A stretch of 64,000 nt of DNA from Terriglobia bacterium (GTDB taxonomy: Bacteria > Acidobacteriota > Terriglobia > Bryobacterales > Bryobacteraceae), in assembly GCA_963757345.1 (NCBI GenBank), contig CAVWRP010000014.1, forward strand, positions 194,542 to 258,541, written 5' to 3'. The notes beneath the pieces were generated by a model. That model was not told the origin of the DNA. It worked only from the letters and a program-made list of their open reading frames with translations, and made no database searches. Shown here piece after piece: positions 27,027 through 37,185 of this stretch; within the stretch, counting starts at the first letter, position 1; each line of letters begins with the position of its first letter. Made by a program: the position numbers and the translations under genes.

Positions 27027-30000
27027 ATGAAGGGAAGACTTCTGCTCCTCGTGACAGTTGTCACGATTCTTTGCGCTCCCGCTTTGCTGCGTGCGCAGGC
27101 CGTGGGTGAGATTACGGGAACTGTGACCGATCCAACTGGAGCGGTCATGGCCAACGTGAAGATTACTGCGGTGCAAACCGGAACCGGAGTAACCCGCACC
27201 ACGGTTTCGAGCGCTCTGGGGACATACACGTTATCGCAGCTTCCGGTGGGGAGCTACGACGTCACGGTGGAAGCATCAGGTTTTAGAACGACCACTACCA
27301 CCGGCGTCGCGCTGGACGTCAGCCAGCAAAGGCAGCTCGATTTTACGATGTCGGTAGCCAGCGCCGGAGAGAAGGTTGAGGTGACGGCGGCAGCTCCTCT
27401 TGTAACCACAACCAGTGGATCACTGGGCGGCGTGGTTACAGGTCAGCAGGTGCAGAGTTTGCCGCTCAACGGTCGAGCCATCACGAACCTCGTGATGTTG
27501 CAACCTGGGCTGAACATGGAAACGGATGCAACTGGGTGGCTGGCTCCGGAATGGGCCGGCAACGGCAACCGGGGGCAAACTGAAGTCGCGACACTCGACA
27601 ACATGGACACGACGGACGCTGAGATGGGTAACGTGCAGTTCTGGAACTTCAACCTGGACGCCATTGAGGAGTTCAAAGTGTTGCAGAACAACTACTCAGC
27701 CGAGTACGGGCAGGGTGCCGGAACCATCGTGCAACTGGTGAGCAAGGCCGGGACGAACCAGTTCCACGGCACTGCATTTGAGTTTCTGCGTAATAGCGCG
27801 TTCGATGCGCGGAACTTTTTCTCTACCGAGGTGCCTCCGTTCCAGCGGAATGAGTTTGGTGGTACGTTCGGTGGCCCAATAAAAAAAGATAAGACGTTTA
27901 TCTTCGGCGAATACGCCGGTTATCGCCAGCGCCTCGGCGAGCCGACCATCATGTCAGTCCCAACGACTCTGGAACGGCAAGGTATCGTGAACGTGACGAA
28001 CGCAAATGGGCAAACACAAACTCTTCAGGTGCCGCTCAATCCTGTCGCCGAGAGCATTTTGAATAAGTACCCCTTGCCCAACGATCCGACCGGACCGAAC
28101 GGACCGAGAACCTATAACACCCAGTTCAAACAACCCTTCAACACTGATCAATTCTCGATTCGGGGGGACCACACGTTCTCGCTGAAAGACTCGATGTTTG
28201 TTCGCGCCTCGTACATTAATAACCAGGCGCAGCACACGGACCCGGTAGCTGCTATTGAGAATCCGCTTTTTTCGCAAACTACCTTCAACAATCCGCGCAA
28301 TTACGCAGTATCTGAGACCCACATTTTCTCGCCTACGCTAGTGAATGTATTTGCTTTTGGGTTAAACCGCGAAGTAACGGGCGTCTCGGTAGGAACGCAA
28401 GCATACCCGCTGAACACATTTGCAGACGGCAGCCTTTCAAGTTATGGCCCGGATACCTTTTTCACCAAGTATGTCATCACGCAATTCATTCCGCAGGAAA
28501 AAGTTACCTGGACAAAAGGACGACATACATTAAACATCGGGGCACAATTCCGACGTCTGCGCGACAACGGTTTTGGCGTCTCGACTGGAGGGGTGAATGG
28601 CCAGTATCAGTTTACTCCGGGTATCGCGTTACCCGTCGCCATTCCGATCGTAGGCGGAGGAGAATTGCCGGCTGGCACGCCAAGCCCCAATTCACTAATC
28701 AGTTTCATGGAAGGCACGGCAAATGCGTATACTCGCGCCACTGGCATGCCTGGCTTCAGCGCGCCGGGCAATCCGGCGCCTTACGGGGTTCGGATCTGGC
28801 ACCTCAACTCCTGGATTCAGGACGATATTAAAGTCAATTCGAGTCTGACGGTGAACATCGGTTTTCGATACGAGTACAATTCCGTGCCGACCGAGACGGG
28901 AGATCGCCTGAACGCAATTGTGAACGACCCGAGTTTTGCCGGAGGCAACCTTTTTGGGCAGCTTATCCTCAATGCGAACCCGCTCTATCGTCCGGACTAC
29001 CGCGGCTTTGGACCGCGTGTAGGAATCGCCCAACGCGTTACGTCGAAGACGGTGTTTCGAGGCGGCTTTGGAGTCTTTACCAACAATCCGCCTACTGTCT
29101 TCCCCGACCAGGCCCTTGTCAACTTTCCTGACGCGTCGTTCTCGAGCACCCTCAATCCCCCCTTTTCATCGACGCCTCTGTCCACGGCTGGACTGCAGCC
29201 AATCATGAGTCTCAGCGGGCAGGTGTTGCCACCGAACGGCGATACCAAGCAGATTCCGAAAAACACGCCCGTAAATCTTGCGCCGGTGGCTGCATTTTTC
29301 GGTGGTCCCATCACGACGAACCTTACCTCGGTCAATTTCAAGAATGGTTACACCATGGCCGGAAACGTCACGCTCGAGCAGGAATTACCGGGCGCCATGG
29401 CACTTCAGTTGTCCTATGCCCTGAACAACGCCGTGGGCCTGTATGCTTCGGCGTGGCCCAACGCCTATAACGGTGCCCAGCCCCAGTACACTCCCTATAC
29501 CGATGTAAATCCCGGTTTGGGGGAGTTTCAGATCACAGATAATCATGCGCATTCCACCTATAACGCTTTACAAGTGCAGTTGCGCAAGCGCTCCGCCGAA
29601 CACGGGATCCAATTTCAAATTGCGTATACCTACTCGAAAGCGATCGACAATTCCTCGACGGTCTGGAACGGCGGTAATGCGGTGAACGCCGGGACTCAAC
29701 CCAATAATCCGCTTTGCACCTCGTGTGAGAAGTCACTTTCCGGGTTCGACTTTCCGCAACGCCTTGTGATGAACTTCCAGTACGCGCTGCCCTTGGACAA
29801 GTGGCAGTTTTTGGACAAGCTTCCGAAACGGTTGACCGGCGGCTGGCAGGCAATGAGTATCATCTCGGCGCAATCCGGATTTCCCTTTACCGTCAGCTCG
29901 CCGTACGGTACGGAAGAGTTCGGCACAGACACGTACGTCGGCACTCAGCCTACGCGGCCGTTCCTGTTGCAACAACCCACTGTGAATAAGAGTGGGGGGC

Positions 30001-30347
30001 CGGCATTCTTTTCGTCCTCCGTGCTGAACAACTCGTCGGAATACTTTGGCACTCCCACCGCGACTCTGTCGAGCGGGTCCGTCGTTCAGACCGCGCCGGG
30101 GAATCTCGGTCGGAACATTTTCCGCACAAACTCGTTTTCCAATTTCGATTTTTCATTGGTTAAGGACACGGCAATTACGGAAAGAATAAGGATTCAGTTC
30201 CGTTCCGAGTTCTTCAACATATTCAACCAACACGCGTTCGGCGTGCCCGGCTCTAACCAAGTGCTAGGATCTCCCGCATTTGGCGTATCCACGTCGACCG
30301 TGTTGCCTGAGCGGCAGATCCAATTCGGTCTTAGGCTCATGTTTTAG
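27027..30347 (+). CDS. Oar-type TonB-dependent-receptor-like outer-membrane protein
   Basis: 1106 aa. It has the signal MKGRLLLLVTVVTILCAPALLRAQA, a carboxypeptidase-regulatory-like domain (GTVTDPTGAVMANVKITAV...LPVGSYDVTVEASGF) and a plug (SLPLNGRAITNL). A long barrel ends in the beta-signal ERQIQFGLRLMF. Confidence 0.92.
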   Translation: MKGRLLLLVTVVTILCAPALLRAQAVGEITGTVTDPTGAVMANVKITAVQTGTGVTRTTVSSALGTYTLSQLPVGSYDVTVEASGFRTTTTTGVALDVSQQRQLDFTMSVASAGEKVEVTAAAPLVTTTSGSLGGVVTGQQVQSLPLNGRAITNLVMLQPGLNMETDATGWLAPEWAGNGNRGQTEVATLDNMDTTDAEMGNVQFWNFNLDAIEEFKVLQNNYSAEYGQGAGTIVQLVSKAGTNQFHGTAFEFLRNSAFDARNFFSTEVPPFQRNEFGGTFGGPIKKDKTFIFGEYAGYRQRLGEPTIMSVPTTLERQGIVNVTNANGQTQTLQVPLNPVAESILNKYPLPNDPTGPNGPRTYNTQFKQPFNTDQFSIRGDHTFSLKDSMFVRASYINNQAQHTDPVAAIENPLFSQTTFNNPRNYAVSETHIFSPTLVNVFAFGLNREVTGVSVGTQAYPLNTFADGSLSSYGPDTFFTKYVITQFIPQEKVTWTKGRHTLNIGAQFRRLRDNGFGVSTGGVNGQYQFTPGIALPVAIPIVGGGELPAGTPSPNSLISFMEGTANAYTRATGMPGFSAPGNPAPYGVRIWHLNSWIQDDIKVNSSLTVNIGFRYEYNSVPTETGDRLNAIVNDPSFAGGNLFGQLILNANPLYRPDYRGFGPRVGIAQRVTSKTVFRGGFGVFTNNPPTVFPDQALVNFPDASFSSTLNPPFSSTPLSTAGLQPIMSLSGQVLPPNGDTKQIPKNTPVNLAPVAAFFGGPITTNLTSVNFKNGYTMAGNVTLEQELPGAMALQLSYALNNAVGLYASAWPNAYNGAQPQYTPYTDVNPGLGEFQITDNHAHSTYNALQVQLRKRSAEHGIQFQIAYTYSKAIDNSSTVWNGGNAVNAGTQPNNPLCTSCEKSLSGFDFPQRLVMNFQYALPLDKWQFLDKLPKRLTGGWQAMSIISAQSGFPFTVSSPYGTEEFGTDTYVGTQPTRPFLLQQPTVNKSGGPAFFSSSVLNNSSEYFGTPTATLSSGSVVQTAPGNLGRNIFRTNSFSNFDFSLVKDTAITERIRIQFRSEFFNIFNQHAFGVPGSNQVLGSPAFGVSTSTVLPERQIQFGLRLMF

Positions 30348-32022
30348 CGACTCGAGCCGCCGTCGCGGCGGCTCTGCCACCCGTCCTTGCCTTCCTCGAT
30401 CATGTAGAACTGATCCGCTGGCATATCTCGAAGGACTTGTCTCAGGCCGCTTGGCCACGCGATTTCGATACTGTCGACCTTGCTCGCTTCGCCCAGCCCG
30501 AAGTGTAGCCGTAAATCACTTTGTGAGAGGTAGCTCCCGCCGCCGGCCACCTCGCGGATCTGACTCATCTGGCCCGATTTCAACGTGACGCGCGCGCCCA
30601 TTGCATCCCGGTTGCTCTTCACACCCACAAGCCGCAGCGTGACGAAGTGCCTTCCGCGTACGCCGGAGTTGTGCAGCAGCAACGGAGGATCATTATTATT
30701 CGCGACCACCACGTCTACATTACCGTCGTTATCAAAATCCCCGAACGCGACGCCGCGGCCGGCGTATGGTCTAGTGAATCCGTCGCCGGAAATCTTCGAA
30801 ACCTCGATGAACTTCCCATTCCGCTCGTTGTGAAATAAAGAATCGATCTGCTTGTAACGCATGATTTGGCTTATCTTCTCGACCTCTTCATAAACATGGC
30901 CGTTGGCTATGAAAACATCCAGCCAGCCATCATTGTCGTAGTTGAAGAATCCGCCGCCAAAGCTGAGAACGTTCTTGGTTGGTCCGCGCACGCCTGCTCC
31001 CTCGCTAACTTCATGGAAGAAGCCCTTGCCCAAATTGCGCCACATATGATCGGTGGACAACTGAAAATCGGAAATGTACAGGTCGAGCAGCCCGTCGTTA
31101 TCGTAGTCGCCAAGGGAGATGCACATCGCGGCCATGACTGAGCCGTCAGATGTCAAAGCCATACCGCTCGAAAGGCCCACTTCTGAAAATGTCCCGTCGT
31201 GTTCGTTGTGGTAGAGATAGGCCTCGAGCCCGTCATTTGCCACAAACAGATCAGGCCAGCCGTCGTTGTCATAATCCATCGCCTGCACAGACAGGTTCAG
31301 GCCCTTCGGCTGATAGATTTTTGCCCTTTGGGTAACGTTGGTGAACGTACCGTCTCCATTGTTGTGATAGAGAACGTCCGGGGTGCCGCCGTACGCCGCG
31401 GGCAAGCAACTGCTCAGCACCCCGAAGCCGATAACGCAATTGCGTTTACTCTTTGGGGTGAAATTCACATAACCCCCGACGTACAGGTGAGCTTGCCATC
31501 GCGATCGTAGTCGAAAAAAGTCGCGCCGGTATGAAATAACGTGCCGAAATCCATGCCATCGACATGCGCCTTCGCAGTTACATCGGTGAATGTGCCATTC
31601 CCGTTATTGCGATACAGGATGTTCTTGCCGTATTGCGTTATGTACAGGTCCGGATGGCCGTCGTTGTCATAGTCGCCCCAAACGCAGCCCAGTCCGTACG
31701 CGTTGCCCGGTACACCGGCTTTGTCCGTCACATCGGTAAAGGTCCCGTTGCCGTTGTTGTGATAGAGCGCGTTTCTGAGTTGGACGCCGCGACCATAAAG
31801 ATCGCGGCCGTTCACAAAGTAGATATCCTCAAAACCGTCGCCATCGAAGTCACCCGCACAGACACCGGGTCCCGCTTCTTCCAGTATTGTGGAGATGCCG
31901 TTACTCGCTTTGGCGTGAGTCCAGTGAATCCCCGCCGTCTCGGTCACATTCGTGAACTGCGCGGTTTGGGGGAAAGTGCTCCCCGCGAAAGTCAGGACCA
32001 GGATCGCCATGCGGGTGCCCAC
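30344..32022 (-). pseudogene. CRTAC1-family protein (FG-GAP/VCBS repeats + ASPIC/UnbV-like C-domain), single frameshift
   Basis: ORFs 31465..32022 and 30344..31468 join into one protein if one base is restored near 31486-31490 (FFDYDRDGKL | LYVGGYVNFTPK). Repeated Ca-binding-type motifs are present: DFDGDGFEDIY, DYDNDGHPDLY, DYDNDGWPDLF, DYDNDGLLDLY, NYDNDGWLDVF, DFDNDGNVDVV. Confidence 0.85.
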
Positions 32023-32332
32023 GGTTATCTACTGCTGCTCTTGCGCGTCGACCTGCTACGGCCCCAAGACACCTGCCTGCACATCATGGCTTAGTTGGCG
32101 CGCTTGCTCTTCGGCGAGCATTCGGTCAGCCTTCCGCTTCGACATCCTGCGCAGATATCTTACGATAGGCGTTAGTCAGAAAGCACTATTTTTATTTTCG
32201 AAAACTTTTTTTCTCTGATTTTTGGGCAAGTATGGAGTTATCGAATGCCGCACAGTCTCTCTTACGATCCCTTTCCGAGCAGACGTAACAAAAAGGCGAT
32301 AGCCTATCTGACTCTGCCACGTTAAGATCTTT

Positions 32333-34525
32333 GTGATGAGGAAGTTTGCCTGTCTCGGCTTGGCGTTATGCTCGCTGTTGCCCGCTCAGACGGCACCCTC
32401 CCGTCCCCGGATCGGCTTGGTCCTCGAAGGCGGAGGCGCTTTAGGTTTCGCTCACATCGGTGTCCTGCAATATCTAGAGGAGCATCACATTCCGGTCGAT
32501 ATCGTGGCCGGTACGAGCATGGGCGGCTTGGTAGGCGGCCTCTACGCGATCGGCGAATCGCCGGCTGAGATTCGCCAGCTCACGAACAGCATCAATTGGG
32601 GAGCAGTGATGAGCGGCGTGACCGAGTTCCAGGATCTCAGTTTTCGACGCAAAGAAGACAGGTTATTCTTTCCCAATCGTCTCGAACTGGGCTTGAAACG
32701 GGGTGTTTCTCTGCCGCTCGGGCTCAACTCGGGACATCAGGTTGGTCTGGTACTGAACCGGGCAACCTTGGCGTACCCGCAAGACATCAACTTCGACGAT
32801 CTTCCGATTCCGTTTCGTTGCGTGTCTACCGACGTAACAGCCGGAAAGATGAAAGTCTTTGATCGGGGTTCTCTCTCACAAGCATTGCGCGCCACGATGT
32901 CTATTCCGGCGATCTTTTCGCCGGTGGAAATCAACGGGCACCTTTATACGGACGGCTTTGCTGTCGATAACCTTCCCGTGGATGTTGCAAAGGAAGCCGG
33001 AGCCGACATCATCATTGCAGTTTACCTGGACACGGGACCGCCCGACCCCAAGTCGTATGACTCGCTGCTTGGCGTGGCAGCAAAAAACATCAGCATCATG
33101 ATCTCGGCAAATGAGCTTCGCAACATGAAGGCGGCCGACGTCTTACTGAGCGCCGATCTTAGGGGATTTACCAGCTCTTCTTTCACCGATGGCGAGGAGA
33201 TTATTCCTAAGGGATACGCTGCCGCAAAACAAAAGCACCAGATGCTCGCAGGACTGTCTATAGACGAAGAAGCCTGGAAAGCCTACCTGGCGCGAAGATC
33301 GTCTAAGGTACGGACTACGATTCCGGTGCCTCAGTTTGTGCAGGTTGTCGGGGACAAAACCGACTATGCCAAGGCGCTGTTGAAGGATCTGGAACCATAC
33401 GTGGGCAAACCGGTGGATCCACCCGCAATCGAAAAGACCCTGACGCAGATCACCGGCACGGGTGTCATCGCCACCGCTACTTACGCCATGGTTGAGAAAG
33501 GCGGAAAGCCTGGCCTTCAAGTCACGATGCACGATAAGCCTTTTGCACCGCCCTTCCTGGATATCGGTATCTCCATTGACGGCGCGAACCCCGACTACGT
33601 TCTTTTCGGCATGTCTGCCCGGTTGACTTTCAAAGATTTAGGTGGATACGGGGCGGAATGGCGGAACGACGTTTTCTTTGGCAGCCAATATGGCGCTTCT
33701 TCGGAGTATTACAGGCCCTTTACCGGAAACAGCAAATGGTTTTATGCTCCGCATATATATGCCTTGAGCTCGCCCTTCAACCTATACGAGGGGCAGGACC
33801 GGACCGATCTGTATCGGTTAAAGCGTACAGGGTTCGGTTTTGATGTCGGATATGCAATAAATCGTCGTTCGGAGATACGGGTGGGCCAGGATCTCTTCTG
33901 GTTCAAATCAATCAAGAAAATTACCGCGGATCCCGTGCCGAACTCCTCTGAAAGAGAAGCACTGTCTAATCTCCAATATCGCTACTACGGAGTCGATAAC
34001 GTCCAGCTTCCCCGTCAGGGCTCGAATGTCGAAGCAGCCTTTGGTTACTACGGCCGGCAAAGCGGTTTGAAAGATTTCAGCCAGGCGTTCTTTCGAGCCA
34101 GCTATTTCAAACCAGTGAGTGAGTCGGGATCCATTCTTTTTGCCGCAGGCGGCGGTACAAGCTTTAATACGCCTACTGATGAAATTCTGTTTCAAGCCTT
34201 TTCGCTGGGGGGACCTTTTCGCCTCGGCGCCTATGGACAGAACGAACTCCTGGGAAGCAAGTACTTCCTTCTCCAAACAGGGTATGAGCATAAGCTCATG
34301 TCGTTCAGCCCGCTCGTCGGCGAAGGGCTTTATGGGCTTGGCATCTTTGAAGTGGGCAGAGTATACGATCAATTCAACTTCGGAACCCTCGCTCCGACCG
34401 CAACGGCCTTGGACGGTTCGATTGTTCTCGTCGGCAGAACATCGCTCGGTCCTATCTTCGTGGGCGCAAGCTTCGGCAAAGACGGCCATAACAAGTGGTG
34501 GTTTGGCGTCGGCCGCATTTTTTGA
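32333..34525 (+). CDS. Patatin-like phospholipase fused to POTRA-like and Omp85-type beta-barrel domains (PlpD-like, type Vd secretion architecture)
   Basis: GLVLEGGGALGFAHIGV (oxyanion GGG), GTSMGG (GxSxG) and DGFAVDNLP (catalytic Asp). A mid POTRA-like segment is followed by a C-terminal barrel ending WWFGVGRIF. At 730 aa it is close to PlpD in size. Confidence 0.88.
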   Translation: MMRKFACLGLALCSLLPAQTAPSRPRIGLVLEGGGALGFAHIGVLQYLEEHHIPVDIVAGTSMGGLVGGLYAIGESPAEIRQLTNSINWGAVMSGVTEFQDLSFRRKEDRLFFPNRLELGLKRGVSLPLGLNSGHQVGLVLNRATLAYPQDINFDDLPIPFRCVSTDVTAGKMKVFDRGSLSQALRATMSIPAIFSPVEINGHLYTDGFAVDNLPVDVAKEAGADIIIAVYLDTGPPDPKSYDSLLGVAAKNISIMISANELRNMKAADVLLSADLRGFTSSSFTDGEEIIPKGYAAAKQKHQMLAGLSIDEEAWKAYLARRSSKVRTTIPVPQFVQVVGDKTDYAKALLKDLEPYVGKPVDPPAIEKTLTQITGTGVIATATYAMVEKGGKPGLQVTMHDKPFAPPFLDIGISIDGANPDYVLFGMSARLTFKDLGGYGAEWRNDVFFGSQYGASSEYYRPFTGNSKWFYAPHIYALSSPFNLYEGQDRTDLYRLKRTGFGFDVGYAINRRSEIRVGQDLFWFKSIKKITADPVPNSSEREALSNLQYRYYGVDNVQLPRQGSNVEAAFGYYGRQSGLKDFSQAFFRASYFKPVSESGSILFAAGGGTSFNTPTDEILFQAFSLGGPFRLGAYGQNELLGSKYFLLQTGYEHKLMSFSPLVGEGLYGLGIFEVGRVYDQFNFGTLAPTATALDGSIVLVGRTSLGPIFVGASFGKDGHNKWWFGVGRIF

Positions 34526-34545
34526 AGCACCCCTGGAGTCCGTAA

Positions 34546-36000
34546 CTAACGGACAGCATCCTGCAGCTCTTTAAGAACCGTTTCGCGCTCGCTGTTCTCA
34601 GCCGTGCGCAGCGATGTGAAGTGGGCCAAGGCCTGATCCGCCTCGCTTCGCTTTCCGAGCTTACGGAGAAGAAGCGAAAGCTCGTAATAGGCCTCAGACA
34701 AGTTCGGTTGCAGTGCAACGGATTTTTCGAGCTCCTCCTCAGCTTGCGGATACTTGCCAGCACGCGCCAGCAAGCGTCCCATTTGGAAATGCGGCAGAGC
34801 GTAGGATGGGCTGATCGCCTCCGCCTGCCGGAACTCCCGCTCCGCTTCCTCCGGGCGGAGCTGCTGAATTCGGAGCATGCCAGTAAAGCAGTGATAGAAA
34901 GGATTTTCGGGCTGGAGGCGCAAGGCTTCAGCAAGCATCTTGTCGGCCTGCTCAAAGCGCAATTGGGATAGATGGATGCTGCCCAAGAGAAAGAGGGCAC
35001 GGTCAAAGTCAGGCGCAATTTCGATGGCACGATTAAGGATCCCCACGGCTTTTGCGTCGTTGTCCAGGACGAGATAACTGATGGCCATGCTGTAGAGGAC
35101 TTCTACATTTCGCGGGACGAGCGTTCGTGCGCGCTCCAGAGCCGCAAGCGCTTCGTTCTGTTCGCCGCGCTTCTGGTAGAGACGACCGCACTCAATCAAG
35201 AAGAACGGATTCGAGGGTTCCAATTGGACGGCCAACTTAATCTCATCGAGAGCAGTTCGCGAGTCACCGGCCTGGAGGGCGAGCTGAGACGCCAGCGAGT
35301 GGTACTGCGCGTTGCCTCGCGACTGTTCCTGCACGCTGGCCAGCGCCGACCGCGCGCTAGCGGCTTCGCCGGCCACAAGGCACGCAGCTCCCATCGGAAT
35401 GGCTATGTCCGGCTGTAGAGGCATCAGACGGTTTGCGGCGGACAACTCCGTGCATGCCGGGTAATTCAGGCCATGATCAAGAAGCAGCTTGCCCACGACT
35501 GCATGAAAGCCGACTTCGCCAGCGAACTGCCGGGTTGCCGAATCGAGCAGGTCGAGTGCGCGTTTTTCCCGGCGGCTCTCCAGGTTGGCGCGAATGAGAT
35601 TGACCGTTAGTTCCTGGTTGCGGGGATCAACCTGCTGCGCCCTTTCCAGGTAATCGGCAGCTTCCACGGGATTTCGTTCATCCAGCAACAAGACGCCTAA
35701 ATTGTAGAGTGCACTTACGGCCACGGGGTTCAATTTTACAGCTTGGCGCAAAGCCGCTTCCGCTGACGGCCTATCGCCCTCGTGAAGTGCGCTGACAGCG
35801 AGATAGAAAAACCCTTTCGCAAAGCTGGGCTGCAACTTGGTGACCCGCTCGAAACACTGACGCGCCTCGCGGAATTGTTTTTGTTGAAGGAATTCCATGC
35901 CTTGCTGAAATTGCGCTTCCCAATTCGCCGGAGTGGGTGCCGCGGGGCATACGGTCACGATACAAAGAGCAATCAGGCACAGGCGAGCGAGGAGTCTCAT
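34546..36000 (-). CDS. TPR-repeat protein, secreted
   Basis: ATG 36000 gives MRLLARLCLIALCIVTVCPAAP (signal). TPR units run throughout. It is the last gene of the barrel-TPR-TPR string. Confidence 0.85.
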   Translation of the reverse strand: MRLLARLCLIALCIVTVCPAAPTPANWEAQFQQGMEFLQQKQFREARQCFERVTKLQPSFAKGFFYLAVSALHEGDRPSAEAALRQAVKLNPVAVSALYNLGVLLLDERNPVEAADYLERAQQVDPRNQELTVNLIRANLESRREKRALDLLDSATRQFAGEVGFHAVVGKLLLDHGLNYPACTELSAANRLMPLQPDIAIPMGAACLVAGEAASARSALASVQEQSRGNAQYHSLASQLALQAGDSRTALDEIKLAVQLEPSNPFFLIECGRLYQKRGEQNEALAALERARTLVPRNVEVLYSMAISYLVLDNDAKAVGILNRAIEIAPDFDRALFLLGSIHLSQLRFEQADKMLAEALRLQPENPFYHCFTGMLRIQQLRPEEAEREFRQAEAISPSYALPHFQMGRLLARAGKYPQAEEELEKSVALQPNLSEAYYELSLLLRKLGKRSEADQALAHFTSLRTAENSERETVLKELQDAVR

Positions 36001-36010
36001 TCGCGGTTTC

Positions 36011-37150
36011 CTACTGCACGGACATGCTTGCTCCCACCGAAGCCAGCGAGTGCTCATGCTGAGCCGCGTTGAGCCGCTTCACCTCCTGCAGGGCCTTGCG
36101 TCCTTCTTCCTGCTTGCCGAGCTGAAGGAGAGTTCGACCGAGCCAACTATACGGTTCGACGCGGGTGGGCATGAGCTCCGTAGAGCGGCGAAACAGTGAT
36201 GCGGCCTCGTCGAGTCGCTTCATTTTCACGTAGACCTTACCGAGCCCGAGGAGAGCTTCGCCATATCGAGGGTCGAGTGACAGTGCTCGTTTGAACTGGT
36301 GCTCGGCGGCTTCGTCGTTCCCCTGCCGGTAGCGAACGTCGCCCAGGAAAAAGTAAGCAGGGGCAAAGGCAGGGTCCAGGCGTGTCTCTTCTTCAAGCGG
36401 CGCGATGGAGGCTTCAAAGCGCGTCCATCGCCAGTAGAAATAACCCAGCATGAAATGAAGTTGGGGCGCTTGAGGAGAGCCGGCAATGGCCGCTTTCAAT
36501 TCGGTTTCTACCCCTTCGGGCTCATTGACTTCGTCATGCGCCTCCGCTAGCATCTCATGGAGCAACGGGGAATCGGGATAAAGCTTAAGGAATTCGGCGA
36601 CCGCATCCAGCGACTTCTTGGGTTCGCCGAGGCTACGATAAGCACGCACCAACAGGAACAGCAGTTCCGGAGAATCGGTTCTGCCGGCTCGGGAAAGCTC
36701 AAGTTCCTGGATAGAGTTGCGCCACTTCTCTTGTTCAAACCAGGCGATCCCGAGGAGAAAATGCGTTTCCGCGGCGTTCTGCGCGTTGGGCAGAGCCTTA
36801 GTGAGATACTCGATCGCGCGTCTCGAGTGGTCCGTTTGAAAAAGGGTCAAACCAAGGTTGAAATTGATCTCGGCGTTTTTGGGGTCCAGGCGTTGGGCAT
36901 GTTCAAAGGCGTCAGCCGCGTTTTCGAGCTCGTGATCCTGGAAATACAGCACGCCCAAGTTATTCCAGGAGTGCGCGTCGCCGGGCCGGAGCTTCAACCC
37001 CGCGATGTATTCATTTCGCGCAAGAGACTGTTTGCCCTGCTGAGCGAACTTACCGGCGAGCGCAAAGTGGCTGTCGGCGGTGGGCTGAGGTTGCTGTGCA
37101 AGTAAGAGCACGGCGCCCCAGGCGGCGTGGCGCGACACCCACCACAACAT
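36011..37150 (-). CDS. TPR-repeat protein, secreted
   Basis: 379 aa with TPR units (AHSWNNLGVLYFQDHELENAADAFEHAQRLDPKN and others). It starts 35 nt downstream of the Oar-like gene stop. Confidence 0.85.
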   Translation of the reverse strand: MLWWVSRHAAWGAVLLLAQQPQPTADSHFALAGKFAQQGKQSLARNEYIAGLKLRPGDAHSWNNLGVLYFQDHELENAADAFEHAQRLDPKNAEINFNLGLTLFQTDHSRRAIEYLTKALPNAQNAAETHFLLGIAWFEQEKWRNSIQELELSRAGRTDSPELLFLLVRAYRSLGEPKKSLDAVAEFLKLYPDSPLLHEMLAEAHDEVNEPEGVETELKAAIAGSPQAPQLHFMLGYFYWRWTRFEASIAPLEEETRLDPAFAPAYFFLGDVRYRQGNDEAAEHQFKRALSLDPRYGEALLGLGKVYVKMKRLDEAASLFRRSTELMPTRVEPYSWLGRTLLQLGKQEEGRKALQEVKRLNAAQHEHSLASVGASMSVQ

Positions 37151-37185
37151 CCTACGAGGCTAACAAAAAACTCGTCTGAAGCGCC

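Noticed and set aside
32056-32145. 29-codon minus-strand ORF (MSKRKADRMLAEEQARQLSHDVQAGVLGP) just upstream of the CRTAC1-like gene.
   Set aside because: It is too short, has no convincing Shine-Dalgarno and no recognisable family, so it cannot be supported from sequence alone.
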